Under the pieces are notes generated by a model. It made no database searches. It saw only the letters and a program-made list of their open reading frames with translations, and was not told the DNA's origin. The position numbers and the translations under genes were made by a program. A DNA stretch of 64,000 nt from an uncultured Gammaproteobacteria bacterium. Lineage in GTDB: Bacteria > Patescibacteriota > Patescibacteriia > UBA2591 > UBA6264. Positions within the stretch are counted from its first letter, which is position 1, and each line of letters starts with the position of its first letter. Shown one piece after another: positions 1 to 11,469 of this stretch. The stretch spans positions 3,066 through 67,065 of the forward strand of contig CAZOLB010000001.1 in assembly GCA_964580825.1 (NCBI GenBank), given 5' to 3'.

Positions 1-228
1 GAAAGGGGGGGAGATAAAAAATACAGCCAAAAAGCTTTTGAACGGGCACTGGAACTCCTTGATTTAACCATTGAAGATATAAAAAATAAATCAAAATTAA
101 AAGAAATCGTCAGATTGCGCGAAGTTTTAGTTGATTATTTTTTCGGCGACAACCAATACGGTTCTTCCAACCAACTTTGGCATAATTATTTTTACGCTTT
201 TAACTTCGCCGCCAGAAAAAACCGCTAA
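1..228 (+). CDS. 3' end of a hypothetical protein (partial, runs off the window start)
   Basis: Frame 1 is open from base 1 (ERGGDKKYSQKAFERALELLDLTIED...DYFFGDNQYGS...FAARKNR) to TAA at 226-228. It converges on recA. Confidence 0.75.
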   Translation, partial: ERGGDKKYSQKAFERALELLDLTIEDIKNKSKLKEIVRLREVLVDYFFGDNQYGSSNQLWHNYFYAFNFAARKNR

Positions 229-279
229 AAACTAATTTGCTTCAACAGCGGGCTTACCAATAAAAAAACCAATTTATTA

Positions 280-318
280 AAATAAAAAAATCCCCTTTAA
301 AAGAGGGTTTTTTTATTT
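280..318. terminator. Bidirectional intrinsic terminator between converging genes
   Basis: AAATAAAAAAATCCCCTTTAAAAGAGGGTTTTTTTATTT: hairpin with an A-tract and a T-tract. Confidence 0.65.
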
Positions 319-335
319 AGCTCTATGATTTATCG

Positions 336-1391
336 TTATACTTTATTCTCCGTTTCTTCGGCCATTTTTAAAATATCCCTTTTTAAATCTCGCGCCACTT
401 TTTCATTATCTGTTAAAAATTTCTTGGCGTTTTCCCAACCGACTCCCAATTTATTTTCTCCATAATTCAGGGTATTGCCCGCTTTTTTAATCAAACCATA
501 TTTAGCCCCAAGACTTAATAAATCGCCAGCCCAAGATATCCCTTCATCGTACATGATCTCAAACTCGCAAACCCTGAACGGCGGCGCCACTTTATTTTTA
601 ACCACTTTAGCTTTGACTCTATTTCCGACTATTTGCTCCCCTTTTTTAATTTGAGCCGAACGCCTAAGCTCGACCCTGACCGAAGAATAAAATTTCAACG
701 CCAATCCTCCGGTTGTCGTTTCCGGATTGCCGAAAAAAACGCCAATTTTCATCCGAACCTGATTAATAAATATAACCGCAGTTTTAGTTTTACTGATAAT
801 ACCAGTCAGTTTCCGCAGAGCTTGCGACATCAAGCGCGCTTGAAGACCCATTTGCGAATCCCCCATTTCTCCCTCAATTTCCTTCTGCGGCGTTAAGGCG
901 GCAACTGAATCGACTACAATCACGTCCACGCCATTGGAACGAACCAAGGTTTCCACTATCTCCAACGCTTCTTCTCCACAAGAAGGTTGAGAAATCAATA
1001 AATCATCAATTTTTACGCCAATTTTCTTGGCATATTCGGGATCCAAAGCGTGTTCCGCGTCAATATAAGCCGCCGTACCGCCTTTTTTCTGGGTTTGAGC
1101 AATAATATGAAGAGCCAAAGTCGACTTTCCCGTCATTTCCTGTCCAAAAATTTCGATAATCCTGCCCCGCGGCACACCCCCGACGCCTAAAGCTAAATCT
1201 AAAGAAAAACAACCCGTAGGGATTACGTCCACAACCATTTTCTTCGCTTCTTTTAATTTCATAATACTCCCTTCCCCGAATCTTGACTTAATTTGCTCAA
1301 CAGCCATCTGAGCCGCCTTTTGACGACCATTTTTATTTTCGTCAACAGTAGATTTAGACGCTGAACCATTTTTCTCTTGTTTTTTAACCAT
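336..1391 (-). CDS. recA: Recombinase RecA
   Basis: [13 protein letters not shown], Walker [40 protein letters not shown]. Confidence 0.99.
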   Translation of the reverse strand: MVKKQEKNGSASKSTVDENKNGRQKAAQMAVEQIKSRFGEGSIMKLKEAKKMVVDVIPTGCFSLDLALGVGGVPRGRIIEIFGQEMTGKSTLALHIIAQTQKKGGTAAYIDAEHALDPEYAKKIGVKIDDLLISQPSCGEEALEIVETLVRSNGVDVIVVDSVAALTPQKEIEGEMGDSQMGLQARLMSQALRKLTGIISKTKTAVIFINQVRMKIGVFFGNPETTTGGLALKFYSSVRVELRRSAQIKKGEQIVGNRVKAKVVKNKVAPPFRVCEFEIMYDEGISWAGDLLSLGAKYGLIKKAGNTLNYGENKLGVGWENAKKFLTDNEKVARDLKRDILKMAEETENKV

Positions 1392-1449
1392 ATAATTAAA
1401 AAATATTTATTATTTTGATTAATTTTATCTTTTCAAAAACTTTTATTTT

Positions 1450-2136
1450 TTATTCTGAATTTCCTTCCCTGTTTTCCGTCATGACTACCCGCCTATAAAT
1501 AACCCTTTCTTTTGAATATTTTTTTTTACCTGAAATTTCAATAATATTCAGTCCGGACAGAAGTTCAATTTTCTCTTTAAAATGACCGTTTATTTGGTCC
1601 ACGAGCTGCTTATTAATATAAATGTCTATTCCCTCTTCGGTCATACCCTCAACCACCAAGGACGAATCATTAGTTACCAAGTCGTCTAAAGGACTAATTA
1701 TCTCAATCTCCGGAACGGACAAAACCCTCATTATATTAAACCCCAAATAAGATAAAATCAAGAAAGTAATCGCCGCTAAAGGAATCGCTTTAGCGCTGAA
1801 TTTTTGAATAAAACGGGGTTTTAAATTTTTTTTAGAAGATTGATGAATTGCGGTAAAACGACTCGGGGCTAAAACTTGAGCGAATTCCCGTTCGAAACGG
1901 CTGGCAATCTCCCGGGAATCAAGACCTAAAAAATCCGCATAAAGAAGAAGCGAGCCGCGAATATGAACCGGGCTCGAAAACTTATGAAAATCATCAGCTT
2001 CTAAAAACTCCAAACATTTGACGGAAATATCCGTTTTTTTTTCAACGTCTTTTAATTTCAAACCTCGGTTGAGACGAGTTTGTTTTAAAATATCGCCAAG
2101 AGTATTACTTTTGATTGCGCGACGGGTAAAGGGCAT
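1450..2136 (-). CDS. RodZ-like XRE helix-turn-helix protein with one TM helix and a C-terminal Ig-like domain
   Basis: N-terminal LGDILKQTR...LEADDF...RGSLLLYADFLGLD, a hydrophobic helix, then a beta-rich C-terminus. Lies between ftsK and recA. Confidence 0.8.
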   Translation of the reverse strand: MPFTRRAIKSNTLGDILKQTRLNRGLKLKDVEKKTDISVKCLEFLEADDFHKFSSPVHIRGSLLLYADFLGLDSREIASRFEREFAQVLAPSRFTAIHQSSKKNLKPRFIQKFSAKAIPLAAITFLILSYLGFNIMRVLSVPEIEIISPLDDLVTNDSSLVVEGMTEEGIDIYINKQLVDQINGHFKEKIELLSGLNIIEISGKKKYSKERVIYRRVVMTENREGNSE

Positions 2137-2140
2137 AATT

Positions 2141-2298
2141 AAAAATCAAAAATAAAATATAAAAAATAAAAAACACAAATAAAAAACTATAAAATATTTT
2201 TTATTGAGATGATTACCTTCTCGCTGCCTTCCCATTTCATAAAGTTCTTACGTTTTTACGTCCGTATTTTTTGTTTTTTGTTTTTTATATTTTATATT
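2141..2298. repeat. A-rich, roughly 7-nt-periodic inverted-repeat element (MITE/BIME-like)
   Basis: Left arm ~2153-2181 is an imperfect inverse complement of right arm ~2265-2294. The 18-mer at 2281-2298 recurs exactly at 27490-27507. Confidence 0.6.
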
Positions 2299-2299
2299 A

Positions 2300-4444
2300 T
2301 CAATATTCTTCGTCAGAAGAAGATTGAGTATATACTTCTCTTGGCTTGGCGCCGTCCGCCGGACCAATCGTCCCCTCTTCCTCTAATAAATCCAATAAGC
2401 GAGCGGCTCGAGCATAGCCAATCCGCAATCTCCGCTGAAGCAACGAAGCTGACGCTTTGCCAATTTGAAGAATCACCTCGCGAGCCTGAGGCAGCATTTC
2501 ATCCTCTTTTAACTCCCCCTTGGATCCCATAATCATCGACGACTGAGGCTCGATAATTTCTTGATTAAAATTGTATTCCGCCCCTTGAGCTAAATACTCT
2601 GTTAATCTCCCGACTTCTTCGTCGGAAACATAAGCGCCTTGGAGCCTTCTCGGTTTGGAAATTTCCGGCGAAATGAAAAGCATATCTCCCCTCCCCAAGA
2701 GTTTCTCTGCGCCGGCAAAATCCAGAATAGTTCTCGAATCAACCGCCGAAGCCACGGAAAAAGCCACCCTCGAAGTAATATTGGCCTTAATCAGTCCGGT
2801 AATAATATCCACTGACGGCCTTTGAGTCGCCATTACCAAGTGGATGCCCGTCGCTCTGGCCATTTGAGTTAACCTGATAATACAACCCTCGACCTCATGA
2901 GGCGCGGTCATCATTAAATCAGCCAATTCATCGACAATAATGACAATATAAGACAATTTTTTATCGGGATTCGCTTGGTTATAAGCGCTGATATCTCTTT
3001 TTTTGGCTTCGGACATAATCTCAAAACGACGCTCCATTTCGGTAATAGCCCATTTTAAAGCATTGATTGTTTTATCCACCTCAGTAATCACCGGAGTCAA
3101 TAAATGCGCCAAATTATTATAAAGAGTCAATTCGACTTTTTTGGGGTCGACAAGAATAAAACGCAATTCGTCGGCGAAATTTTGATAAACCAAACTGATA
3201 ATGACCGAATTTAAAAATATAGTTTTTCCCGAACCTGTAGCCCCGGCCACCAATAAATGAGGCATTTTCCCTAAATCAGCCAACCAAATATTACCCGAGA
3301 CATCCCGTCCCAAAGCGAGAGTTAGATTCGACTTTCTTTTCTTAAAAACCTCGCTATCCAAAATTTCCCTTAATCTGATAATCGCCACTTTTTGATTGGG
3401 AACTTCAATACCCACAAGAGATTGTCCCGGAATAGGAGCCTCAATACGAATAGGATGAGCAGCTAAAGCCATAGCCAAATCATTGTGAAGGGCGGTAATC
3501 TGAGATAATTTTATCCCCTCGGCCGGCTTTAACGTATATTGAGTAACCGTTGGACCCACTTTAACCTCCCCCATTTCTACCGGAATAGAAAAACTCTCCA
3601 AAGTTTTTTTTATTATCTCTTTATTTTCTCTAATGTCGCCGGCGTTAGGCTTGGTTGAGGTTTGTTCCAAAAGATTAAAAGGAAGATTAACTCTCTGATA
3701 AACTTTGGGAGGGGCGGTTAAAAATTCCTTTTCTTCGCCTTTCTTTTCTTTTTTAATCTTAATTCTAGTGAAAATAGATTCCGATTCTCTTGTTTTTTCG
3801 GCCGTTTCAATCACCTCCGACTGAATAACCATTTTCTTCTTTTTTTTGAAAATTAACAAAATCCTTTTTAGGATTCGGCGGAACGAATTTTCTTCGGTTA
3901 ATACTTCTTCATCGCTTTTACCCTGCCGCGCTTTGATTAAATCGCCAAAAACAATGACCATTAAAACAGCGAAAATGCCGGCAAAAACCACCCAACTAGC
4001 CCAAAACCCGAATGTTCCAACTACAATATAACTTAAACCATACCCAATATATCCGCCGCCTTGAAAATTTTGCAAAGCCGATTTATCATCAACAAAATAA
4101 ATATGCAATACGCCCGCTAAAACCGCCACTAACAAAACCAGCCCTAAAAACCTGCTTCTAAATCTAATTCTTAAATCCCCTTCTTTAAACTTATAATAAT
4201 TAAGACTTAGCAAGCCGGCAATCAACAAAACAATGGGAACAAACCATTTAGCAGCGCCAAAAAGAATCTCCAATCCCAAAACTAAAAATTCGCCGATAAT
4301 ACCCGCTAAATTAAAAAGCCCCAAAATCAGAACAATAGCGGCCGTAATAAAGATAATGGCGAATATCTGTTGTTGGAGTGGTGAAAAACTAAAAAAAATA
4401 GACCTCTTTTTCCTCTCATTTTTATGAGATTTCACTTTGGACAT
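2300..4444 (-). CDS. ftsK: DNA translocase FtsK/SpoIIIE
   Basis: N-terminal TM domain, PHLLVAGATGSGKT, IVDELADLM, ATQRPS, gamma domain LQRRLRIGYARAARL. Confidence 0.97.
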   Translation of the reverse strand: MSKVKSHKNERKKRSIFFSFSPLQQQIFAIIFITAAIVLILGLFNLAGIIGEFLVLGLEILFGAAKWFVPIVLLIAGLLSLNYYKFKEGDLRIRFRSRFLGLVLLVAVLAGVLHIYFVDDKSALQNFQGGGYIGYGLSYIVVGTFGFWASWVVFAGIFAVLMVIVFGDLIKARQGKSDEEVLTEENSFRRILKRILLIFKKKKKMVIQSEVIETAEKTRESESIFTRIKIKKEKKGEEKEFLTAPPKVYQRVNLPFNLLEQTSTKPNAGDIRENKEIIKKTLESFSIPVEMGEVKVGPTVTQYTLKPAEGIKLSQITALHNDLAMALAAHPIRIEAPIPGQSLVGIEVPNQKVAIIRLREILDSEVFKKRKSNLTLALGRDVSGNIWLADLGKMPHLLVAGATGSGKTIFLNSVIISLVYQNFADELRFILVDPKKVELTLYNNLAHLLTPVITEVDKTINALKWAITEMERRFEIMSEAKKRDISAYNQANPDKKLSYIVIIVDELADLMMTAPHEVEGCIIRLTQMARATGIHLVMATQRPSVDIITGLIKANITSRVAFSVASAVDSRTILDFAGAEKLLGRGDMLFISPEISKPRRLQGAYVSDEEVGRLTEYLAQGAEYNFNQEIIEPQSSMIMGSKGELKEDEMLPQAREVILQIGKASASLLQRRLRIGYARAARLLDLLEEEGTIGPADGAKPREVYTQSSSDEEY

Positions 4445-4538
4445 AATAATATTTCACCTCAAAATCCAAATAACGAACCATAAAAACGAATTTCAAAAAA
4501 ACGCATTCTTCAACTGTTTAAATCTCAATTATATTTGT

Positions 4539-7500
4539 TTATTGGGATTTTCGCGGTAAAACTGTGGCATACCCCGTTCCCGCCGGAATAAGACGACCAA
4601 CAATAACATTCTCTTTTAATCCCCGCAAATGATCCGCTCTACCGCTGACTGCCGTATTAACCAATATTCTTGAAGTTTCCTGAAATGAAGCCGCTGACAA
4701 CCAACTATCAATCGAAAGGGAAACCCTAGTCACGCCCAGCAATAATTCTTTAGCTTCAGCCGATTTTTTACCCCTTTTTTCGGCCAGTTTATTAACTTCC
4801 AATAAATATGATCTAGGAATCACCTCTCCGGGTAAGAGGTCGGTATCACCGGCGTCTTCGACCAAATATCGCGAAAACATCTGCCGAATGACCACTTCCA
4901 CATGCTTATCATTCAATCTCTGCCCTTGAGAGGAATAAATATATTGAATCTCTTTAAGAATATATTTCTCCACTTCTCTTCTGCCTCTTAGTTCATAAAG
5001 CTCATGTAAATCCAAACTTCCATCTGTTAAGCGTTGTCCTTTAACTACTTTTTCTCCATCCTTGACCCAAACGGAATAACCCGTTATATCATATTCTTCT
5101 TCATTCCCGGAGTCAATCTTTTTGGAAGTACGAGCAGTCTTTTTAAAGGAGGCGGGATTACGATTATTACGACTATATTTGACTATCAATTTCTGTTGGC
5201 CCGGTTCCCGAATAATTTTAATCACTCCGTCATCCAACGCCAAAACGGCTTTTCTTTTAATGGGGCGAACTTCAAAAAGCTCTTGAACCCTAGGCAAACC
5301 CTGAGTAATATCATGGCCGGCCACACCGCCGGTATGGAACGTTCTTAAAGTAAGCTGCGTCCCCGGTTCGCCAATGCTTTGAGCGGCGATAATTCCAACC
5401 GGAGCGCCGACTTTTACCGGTTGATTATATCCCAAATCGTAACCATAACACTGCGAACACACTCCCCTTACCGACTGACAAGTCAAAACCGAACGAATAA
5501 AAACTTCCTCTGGGTCGGCCGCCTCTATTTCTTTAGCTTTTCCCTGGCTAATAATTTCATCGGCTTTAACAATAATTTTTTTTGTTTTAGGGTTTCTAAT
5601 CGGTTGGGCGGCCACTCGACCAAACAATCTTTTTCGCCAACCCTCTCCTATTTCCCGATTATCTTCGCGCGTTACTTTGATGCCCTGAGTATCATGACAA
5701 TCCTTTTCAGTGATAATCACATCCTGACAAACATCGACTATTCTTCTAGTTAAATATCCCGCGCTCGCCGTTCTTAAGGCCGTGTCGGAAACGCCTTTTC
5801 GAGAACCGTGGGTGGAAATAAAAAATTCCAAAACGTTAAATCCTTCTTTAAACGAAGATTTAATGGGCAATTCAATTAAACGCCCGGTCGGCGAAGAAAC
5901 AATTCCTCTCATTCCGAACATCTGGGTAAGTTGCATCCATGAACCTCTAGCCCCCGATTCAACCATAGAAAAAACCGAATTGGAAGCCGGTTGATTTTTT
6001 TTGACCATTTCCGTAATTTTATCCTTGGCCGCGATCCAAACCTCGATACTCTTTAAATAGCGTTCTTGTTCGGACAATAAACCCATCTCGTATTGGGAAC
6101 GAATTTGGTCAATATCTTTCTCCGCTTGCTGAAGAATTTGACTTTTTTCCGGTAAACTCGGCAGGTCGTCCATTCCCCAGGAAAGCCCGGAATGAGTCAA
6201 ATACGAAAGAGTGGTTTCTTTTAAAAGGTCCAAAGATTCGACCGCTTTATCCGTCCCATATTTCTCTATAATATTGACGATAATCTCGTTTAATTTGCTT
6301 TTATTGACTATAGTATCCAAAGAATAAATATCCGGGGGCAAAATCGAGTTAAAAATAACCCTACCGACACTTACTTGCTTAACCTCGCCATTTATTCTGA
6401 CTTTAATTCGTTTTTGCAGACTTATTTTCCCAAGCTGGTAAGCTAAAATCGATTCGCCGACGCTCCCGAAAGTCAACATTTTCGACTTATTATCGGTCTC
6501 GTCTTCAATTGAAGTCATATAATAAGCGCCCCAAATCATATCCTTAGTCGGCGTTACGATCGGTTCGCCAGTGGCCGGTTTTAAAAGATTTTTTGTGGAA
6601 AGGATAATTTCTTTTGCTTCTTGTTGCGCCTTCGCAGTGATCGGCAAATGAACCGCCATTTGGTCGCCGTCAAAATCCGCATTAAAAGCGGCACAAACCA
6701 AAGGATGAATCTGAATTGCCTTACCTTCTATTAAGACTGGCTGGAACGCTTGAACGCCTAAACGATGAAGTGTTGGGGCGCGGTTAAGCAAAACATAAGT
6801 ATTTTTAGTGATTTCTTCCAAAATAGCCCAAACATCATCCGTCCCACTTTCAATCAATCGATTGGCGCTTTTAATATTATGAGTAAAGCCTCTTTCAATA
6901 AGTTTAGCGGCAATAAACGGCTTAAATAATTCAAGAGCCATAATTTTGGGCAAGCCGCACTGATGAAGTTTAAGGCGGGGGCCAACCACGATTACTGAAC
7001 GACCAGAATAATCGACTCTTTTACCAAGTAAATTTTGACGAAAACGACCCTGTTTTCCTTTTAAAATATCGGCTAAAGACTTTAACGAGCGACGCTGACC
7101 AGTGGAAGCAATGGTAGTTTTTCCCGATCTCATTTCGTTGTCTAATAAAGCGTCGACCGCTTCCTGAAGCATCCTTTTTTCATTGCGCAAAATCACCTCC
7201 GGCGCATGTAATTCATAAAGGCGTTTTAAACGATTATTGCGATTAATCACGCGGCGGTATAAATCATTTAAATCCGATGAAGCAAACCGTCCGCCGTCTA
7301 AAGGAACTAAAGGACGAAGATCTGGCGGGATAACCGGTACTATCTTTAAAATCATGTATTCGGGCTTAATTTTATTAACCATAAAATTACGAACATATTT
7401 TAATCTCTGAACTATCTTTTTTTTCTTCATCGGGTTGTCCGTCTCATTTTTTTCTTTTTCCAAATCTCGAGTCAATTCAACTAGATTGATATTTTGAAGG

Positions 7501-8261
7501 AGTTTTAGAACTGCTTCGGCTCCGATATCAGCTTCAAAAATATGACCATATTTCAAAGAAAGATCCCGATATTGCAATTCCGTCAAAAGCTTTTTCGGCT
7601 TCAAATCCATAATTTCCTGCCGCACTTTATGATAATTTTCCATCAATTCTTGACTTTTTAAATCGCCTTCTTTTGAAGTGCTTTCCTTATTTTTTTCTAA
7701 CTCTTTATCAGCTCCCTTAACTGAAAAATTATGACGGATTTGTTTAAGCTCTTTCTCCAAATTTTGGAGCGCCTCTTTTTTAAATTCCTCATTAACTTCG
7801 GTAATAATAAAATTGGCGAAATAAACCACTTTTTCCAAAGATTGAACAGATAAATCTAAAAGTAAACCGACTTTTGAGGGTACGCTTCGCAAAAACCAAA
7901 TATGAGCCACCGGCGCAGCCAAAGTAATATGCCCCATTCTCTCGCGTCTCACTAAACTTCTTGTCACCTCCACGCCGCAACGATCGCAAGTAATTCCTCG
8001 ATAGCGAAGTTTTTTATATTTACCGCAAGCGCATTGCCAATCTCTAACCGGACCAAAAATCTTTTCGCAAAATAACCCATCTCTTTCCGGCTTCCGACTT
8101 CGGTAATTAATCGTTTCCGGCTTGGTTACTTCTCCATGCGACCATTTCAATATCTCCTCCGGCGGCGCCAAACGTAATTTAATAGTGTCGAAATCCAAAG
8201 ACCGACGACGTTTTTCGCCGCTAGGCAAAGTCAAAGTAAAAATTGTCGATGGCGTAGGCAT
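4539..8261 (-). CDS. rpoC: RNA polymerase beta' subunit
   Basis: NADFDGDQMAVH catalytic motif, Zn-finger cysteines, GEPGTQLT, SAASFQET. Confidence 0.99.
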   Translation of the reverse strand: MPTPSTIFTLTLPSGEKRRRSLDFDTIKLRLAPPEEILKWSHGEVTKPETINYRSRKPERDGLFCEKIFGPVRDWQCACGKYKKLRYRGITCDRCGVEVTRSLVRRERMGHITLAAPVAHIWFLRSVPSKVGLLLDLSVQSLEKVVYFANFIITEVNEEFKKEALQNLEKELKQIRHNFSVKGADKELEKNKESTSKEGDLKSQELMENYHKVRQEIMDLKPKKLLTELQYRDLSLKYGHIFEADIGAEAVLKLLQNINLVELTRDLEKEKNETDNPMKKKKIVQRLKYVRNFMVNKIKPEYMILKIVPVIPPDLRPLVPLDGGRFASSDLNDLYRRVINRNNRLKRLYELHAPEVILRNEKRMLQEAVDALLDNEMRSGKTTIASTGQRRSLKSLADILKGKQGRFRQNLLGKRVDYSGRSVIVVGPRLKLHQCGLPKIMALELFKPFIAAKLIERGFTHNIKSANRLIESGTDDVWAILEEITKNTYVLLNRAPTLHRLGVQAFQPVLIEGKAIQIHPLVCAAFNADFDGDQMAVHLPITAKAQQEAKEIILSTKNLLKPATGEPIVTPTKDMIWGAYYMTSIEDETDNKSKMLTFGSVGESILAYQLGKISLQKRIKVRINGEVKQVSVGRVIFNSILPPDIYSLDTIVNKSKLNEIIVNIIEKYGTDKAVESLDLLKETTLSYLTHSGLSWGMDDLPSLPEKSQILQQAEKDIDQIRSQYEMGLLSEQERYLKSIEVWIAAKDKITEMVKKNQPASNSVFSMVESGARGSWMQLTQMFGMRGIVSSPTGRLIELPIKSSFKEGFNVLEFFISTHGSRKGVSDTALRTASAGYLTRRIVDVCQDVIITEKDCHDTQGIKVTREDNREIGEGWRKRLFGRVAAQPIRNPKTKKIIVKADEIISQGKAKEIEAADPEEVFIRSVLTCQSVRGVCSQCYGYDLGYNQPVKVGAPVGIIAAQSIGEPGTQLTLRTFHTGGVAGHDITQGLPRVQELFEVRPIKRKAVLALDDGVIKIIREPGQQKLIVKYSRNNRNPASFKKTARTSKKIDSGNEEEYDITGYSVWVKDGEKVVKGQRLTDGSLDLHELYELRGRREVEKYILKEIQYIYSSQGQRLNDKHVEVVIRQMFSRYLVEDAGDTDLLPGEVIPRSYLLEVNKLAEKRGKKSAEAKELLLGVTRVSLSIDSWLSAASFQETSRILVNTAVSGRADHLRGLKENVIVGRLIPAGTGYATVLPRKSQ

Positions 8262-8268
8262 AATCTTT

Positions 8269-11200
8269 TTATAATTCCACTTTCTTCCCCTCCTTTGTCA
8301 TTTCAACATTTAAACACAAACCTTTAAGTTCGCGAACTAAAACGCTAAACGATTCAGGAATATTAATCTCTTTAACCGCTTCCCCTTTAATTATCGACTC
8401 ATACGCCTTACTTCGCCCAATAACGTCATCTGATTTAATCGTCAGCATTTCCTGTAGCGTGTAAGCGGCGCCATATCCTTCCAGTGCCCACACTTCCATC
8501 TCGCCAAATCTCTGACCGCCAAACTGGGCCTTGCCACCCAATGGTTGTTGAGTAATTAGAGAATACGGGCCAATGGAACGCTGATGGATTTTATCTTCAA
8601 CTAAATGATTAAGTTTAATCACATAAATATAACCGACAGTAACGGGCTCGATGAATGGCTCGCTACTCCGTCCGTCGTAAAGAGCAACCTTACCGGTTGA
8701 AGAAAAACCCGCTCTAACTAATTCTTGTTTGATTTTTTCTTCGTTTATTCCATTTAAAACCGGCGTTGCCACTTTATAGCCCAACTTCTTAGCCGCTAAA
8801 CCCAAATGTGTTTCCAAAATCTGTCCCAAATTCATTCTTGAAACGACTCCCAAAGGATTGAGAATAATATCAACCGGTGTCCCATCCTCCAAATACGGCA
8901 TATCTTCTTGGGGGATTATCATGGAAATAACTCCTTTATTTCCATGCCGGCCGGCTACTTTATCGCCTACCTGAATTTTCCGCATATCCGCAACCAAAAC
9001 ATGAATTGATTTAATAACGCCTGGCGGCAATTTATCTCCTTTCTCTCGAGAAAATACTTTTATACCAATCACCTTGCCATGCTCCCCATGTTCAAGATAA
9101 AGAGAAGAATCCCGCACATCGCGGGCCTTTTCCCCAAAAATCGCCCGTAAAAGTTTTTCCTCAGCGGTCAATTCAGCTTCGCCTCGAGGAGTAATTTTCC
9201 CCACTAAAATATCGCCTGACTTAACCTCGGCGCCGATTCTAATTATTCCCTCTTCATCCAAATTTCTCAATTTCTCTTCACTGACATTAGGTATATCGCA
9301 AGTGGTCATTTCCGGTCCGAATTTTGTTTCCCGAATATCAACCGCGTGTTCATCTATATGAATAGAAGTAAATTCATCATTTTGAACCACTCGCGATGAA
9401 ATCAAAATCGCGTCTTCATAATTTCCCCCCTCCCAGGCCATAAAAGCCACTAAAATATTCTGTCCCAAAGCCAATTCTCCATCTTCAATTGAAGAATCCT
9501 GGGCTAGAATATCACCGGCTCTGAATTTCTGATTTTTAGCTATCGCCGGACGTTGATTAAAACAAGTATCAAAATTTGAACGCTGATACTTATTAAGATA
9601 GTAAATTTCTGTTTTGCCCGAATTAAAAACAACGGAAACATGACTGGCATCAACCTCTTTAACCCGGCCACTTTCGGGAGCGATAATCAAATGACCGCTA
9701 TCCCACGCCACCCTGCTTTCAACGCCAGTACCAACAATTGGCGAGTGAGGTTTAATTAAAGGAACGGCCTGTCTCTGCATATTAGTTCCCATCAAAGCCC
9801 TAACTCCGTCATCATGCTCTAAAAACGGTATCAGAGAAGTGGCGATACTGACGATTTGATTGGCCGCTACGTCGATAAATTCCACTTCCTCCGCCCGACA
9901 AAATCCCGGCCGACCATAAATCCTCGCCTCTACCTTGTTTTCTAAAATTTTTCCCTTTTTGTCAATTTGAACGGAAAAGGGAGCTAAAATATGCTGATCC
10001 TCTTCATAAGCGGTCAAATAAACAATTTTTCCGGTTAATTTTTTATTTTTTATTTCTCTATAAGGAGTTTCAATAAACCCATATTCATTAAGGCGGGCGT
10101 AACAAGAAAGATGTCCAACCAGCCCAACATTTGGACCTTCTGGCGTGGCAATCGGACAAATTTTTCCATAAAAAGTCCGATGGACATCGCGAACTTCAAA
10201 ACCAGCCCTTTCGCGCGTCAAACCTCCCGGACCAACCACGGTCAATCTTCTTTTATGTTCCAACTCTGAGAGCAAATTTGTCTGATCCATAAACTGCGAC
10301 AACGGAGAGGACATAAAAAATTCTTTAACCACGCCGGCAATCGGCCGAATATTAATCAATTGGCCAGGAGATAAAATCTTGTTTTCCACAACACTCATCC
10401 TGTCCTTGATAATGCGTTGAAGTCGAAGCATCCCTACTCGCATTCTATTTTGAACTAATTCGCCTACAGCTTTAATTCTCCTATTAGACAAATGGTCTAT
10501 GTCATCCGGAGAAGATTGTTCAGTATTGAGTCGAACCAATTCATTAATAATGGCGACTAAATCCTCGCGACGAATTACTTTATCGTCTATTTTTTGACTA
10601 AAACCCAAACGTTGATTCATTTTATACCGTCCCACCCCGCTTAAGCTATAACGATTAGAACGGAAAAACATGGCGTAAATTAACGACTTAGCATTATCAA
10701 CCGTGGCTAAATCGCCCGGTCTAATTTTTCTGTAAACTTCAATTAATCCTTCTTCTTCAGAAGAGGAAGGATCTTTTTCCAAAGTCGCCTTGATATAATC
10801 GAGGATCGGGGGTTCTTTTTTGTCAGTGGCAATTTTCGACGCCGACGCGGACATCTCGGTTTTAGACGAAAAAACTTTCAAAATTTCTTTATCGGATCCT
10901 AAGCCGAAAACTCGCAAAAGAGCCGTCACTGCCGTTTTTCTTTGGCGATCAATTCTCGCCCAAATAACATTATGGGCGTCGGTTTCAAATTCAAGCCAAG
11001 CGCCTCTATCGGGAATAATTTTGGCGCTGTAAAAAAGTCGCCCCTTGATCGACTCAGCTGAAAAAAATACGCCGGGCGACCTAATAAGTTGCTGGATAAC
11101 AACTCTTTCAATCCCATTAATAATAAAAGTTCCTCTTTCGGTCATTAGAGGAATATCGCCAAAATAAACATCTTGATCGACTTTTTTACCAGTCCGTTTA

Positions 11201-11469
11201 TTAATTAAACGCACCTTTATATTTAAAGGTGCTTCAAATGTTAAATTCCTATTTCGGCTGGTAATCTCGTCAAATTTGGGCGTGCCCAGATAACAGTTCA
11301 AAAAATGCAGCTCAAAATTCCGACCAACCAAATCCTCGACGGGAGAAAACTCTTTTATCAACTCTTTTAATCCTCTTTTTAAAAACCAAGCATACGAAGA
11401 TTTTTGAATCTCCGTTAAATCGGGCAAGGGTAGATTAAAGGACGTATCCGAGAAAAATATGCGCTCCAT
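8269..11469 (-). CDS. rpoB: RNA polymerase beta subunit
   Basis: SQFMDQTN, GDKVAGRHGNKGV, GGQRFGEMEVWAL. Confidence 0.99.
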   Translation of the reverse strand: MERIFFSDTSFNLPLPDLTEIQKSSYAWFLKRGLKELIKEFSPVEDLVGRNFELHFLNCYLGTPKFDEITSRNRNLTFEAPLNIKVRLINKRTGKKVDQDVYFGDIPLMTERGTFIINGIERVVIQQLIRSPGVFFSAESIKGRLFYSAKIIPDRGAWLEFETDAHNVIWARIDRQRKTAVTALLRVFGLGSDKEILKVFSSKTEMSASASKIATDKKEPPILDYIKATLEKDPSSSEEEGLIEVYRKIRPGDLATVDNAKSLIYAMFFRSNRYSLSGVGRYKMNQRLGFSQKIDDKVIRREDLVAIINELVRLNTEQSSPDDIDHLSNRRIKAVGELVQNRMRVGMLRLQRIIKDRMSVVENKILSPGQLINIRPIAGVVKEFFMSSPLSQFMDQTNLLSELEHKRRLTVVGPGGLTRERAGFEVRDVHRTFYGKICPIATPEGPNVGLVGHLSCYARLNEYGFIETPYREIKNKKLTGKIVYLTAYEEDQHILAPFSVQIDKKGKILENKVEARIYGRPGFCRAEEVEFIDVAANQIVSIATSLIPFLEHDDGVRALMGTNMQRQAVPLIKPHSPIVGTGVESRVAWDSGHLIIAPESGRVKEVDASHVSVVFNSGKTEIYYLNKYQRSNFDTCFNQRPAIAKNQKFRAGDILAQDSSIEDGELALGQNILVAFMAWEGGNYEDAILISSRVVQNDEFTSIHIDEHAVDIRETKFGPEMTTCDIPNVSEEKLRNLDEEGIIRIGAEVKSGDILVGKITPRGEAELTAEEKLLRAIFGEKARDVRDSSLYLEHGEHGKVIGIKVFSREKGDKLPPGVIKSIHVLVADMRKIQVGDKVAGRHGNKGVISMIIPQEDMPYLEDGTPVDIILNPLGVVSRMNLGQILETHLGLAAKKLGYKVATPVLNGINEEKIKQELVRAGFSSTGKVALYDGRSSEPFIEPVTVGYIYVIKLNHLVEDKIHQRSIGPYSLITQQPLGGKAQFGGQRFGEMEVWALEGYGAAYTLQEMLTIKSDDVIGRSKAYESIIKGEAVKEINIPESFSVLVRELKGLCLNVEMTKEGKKVEL

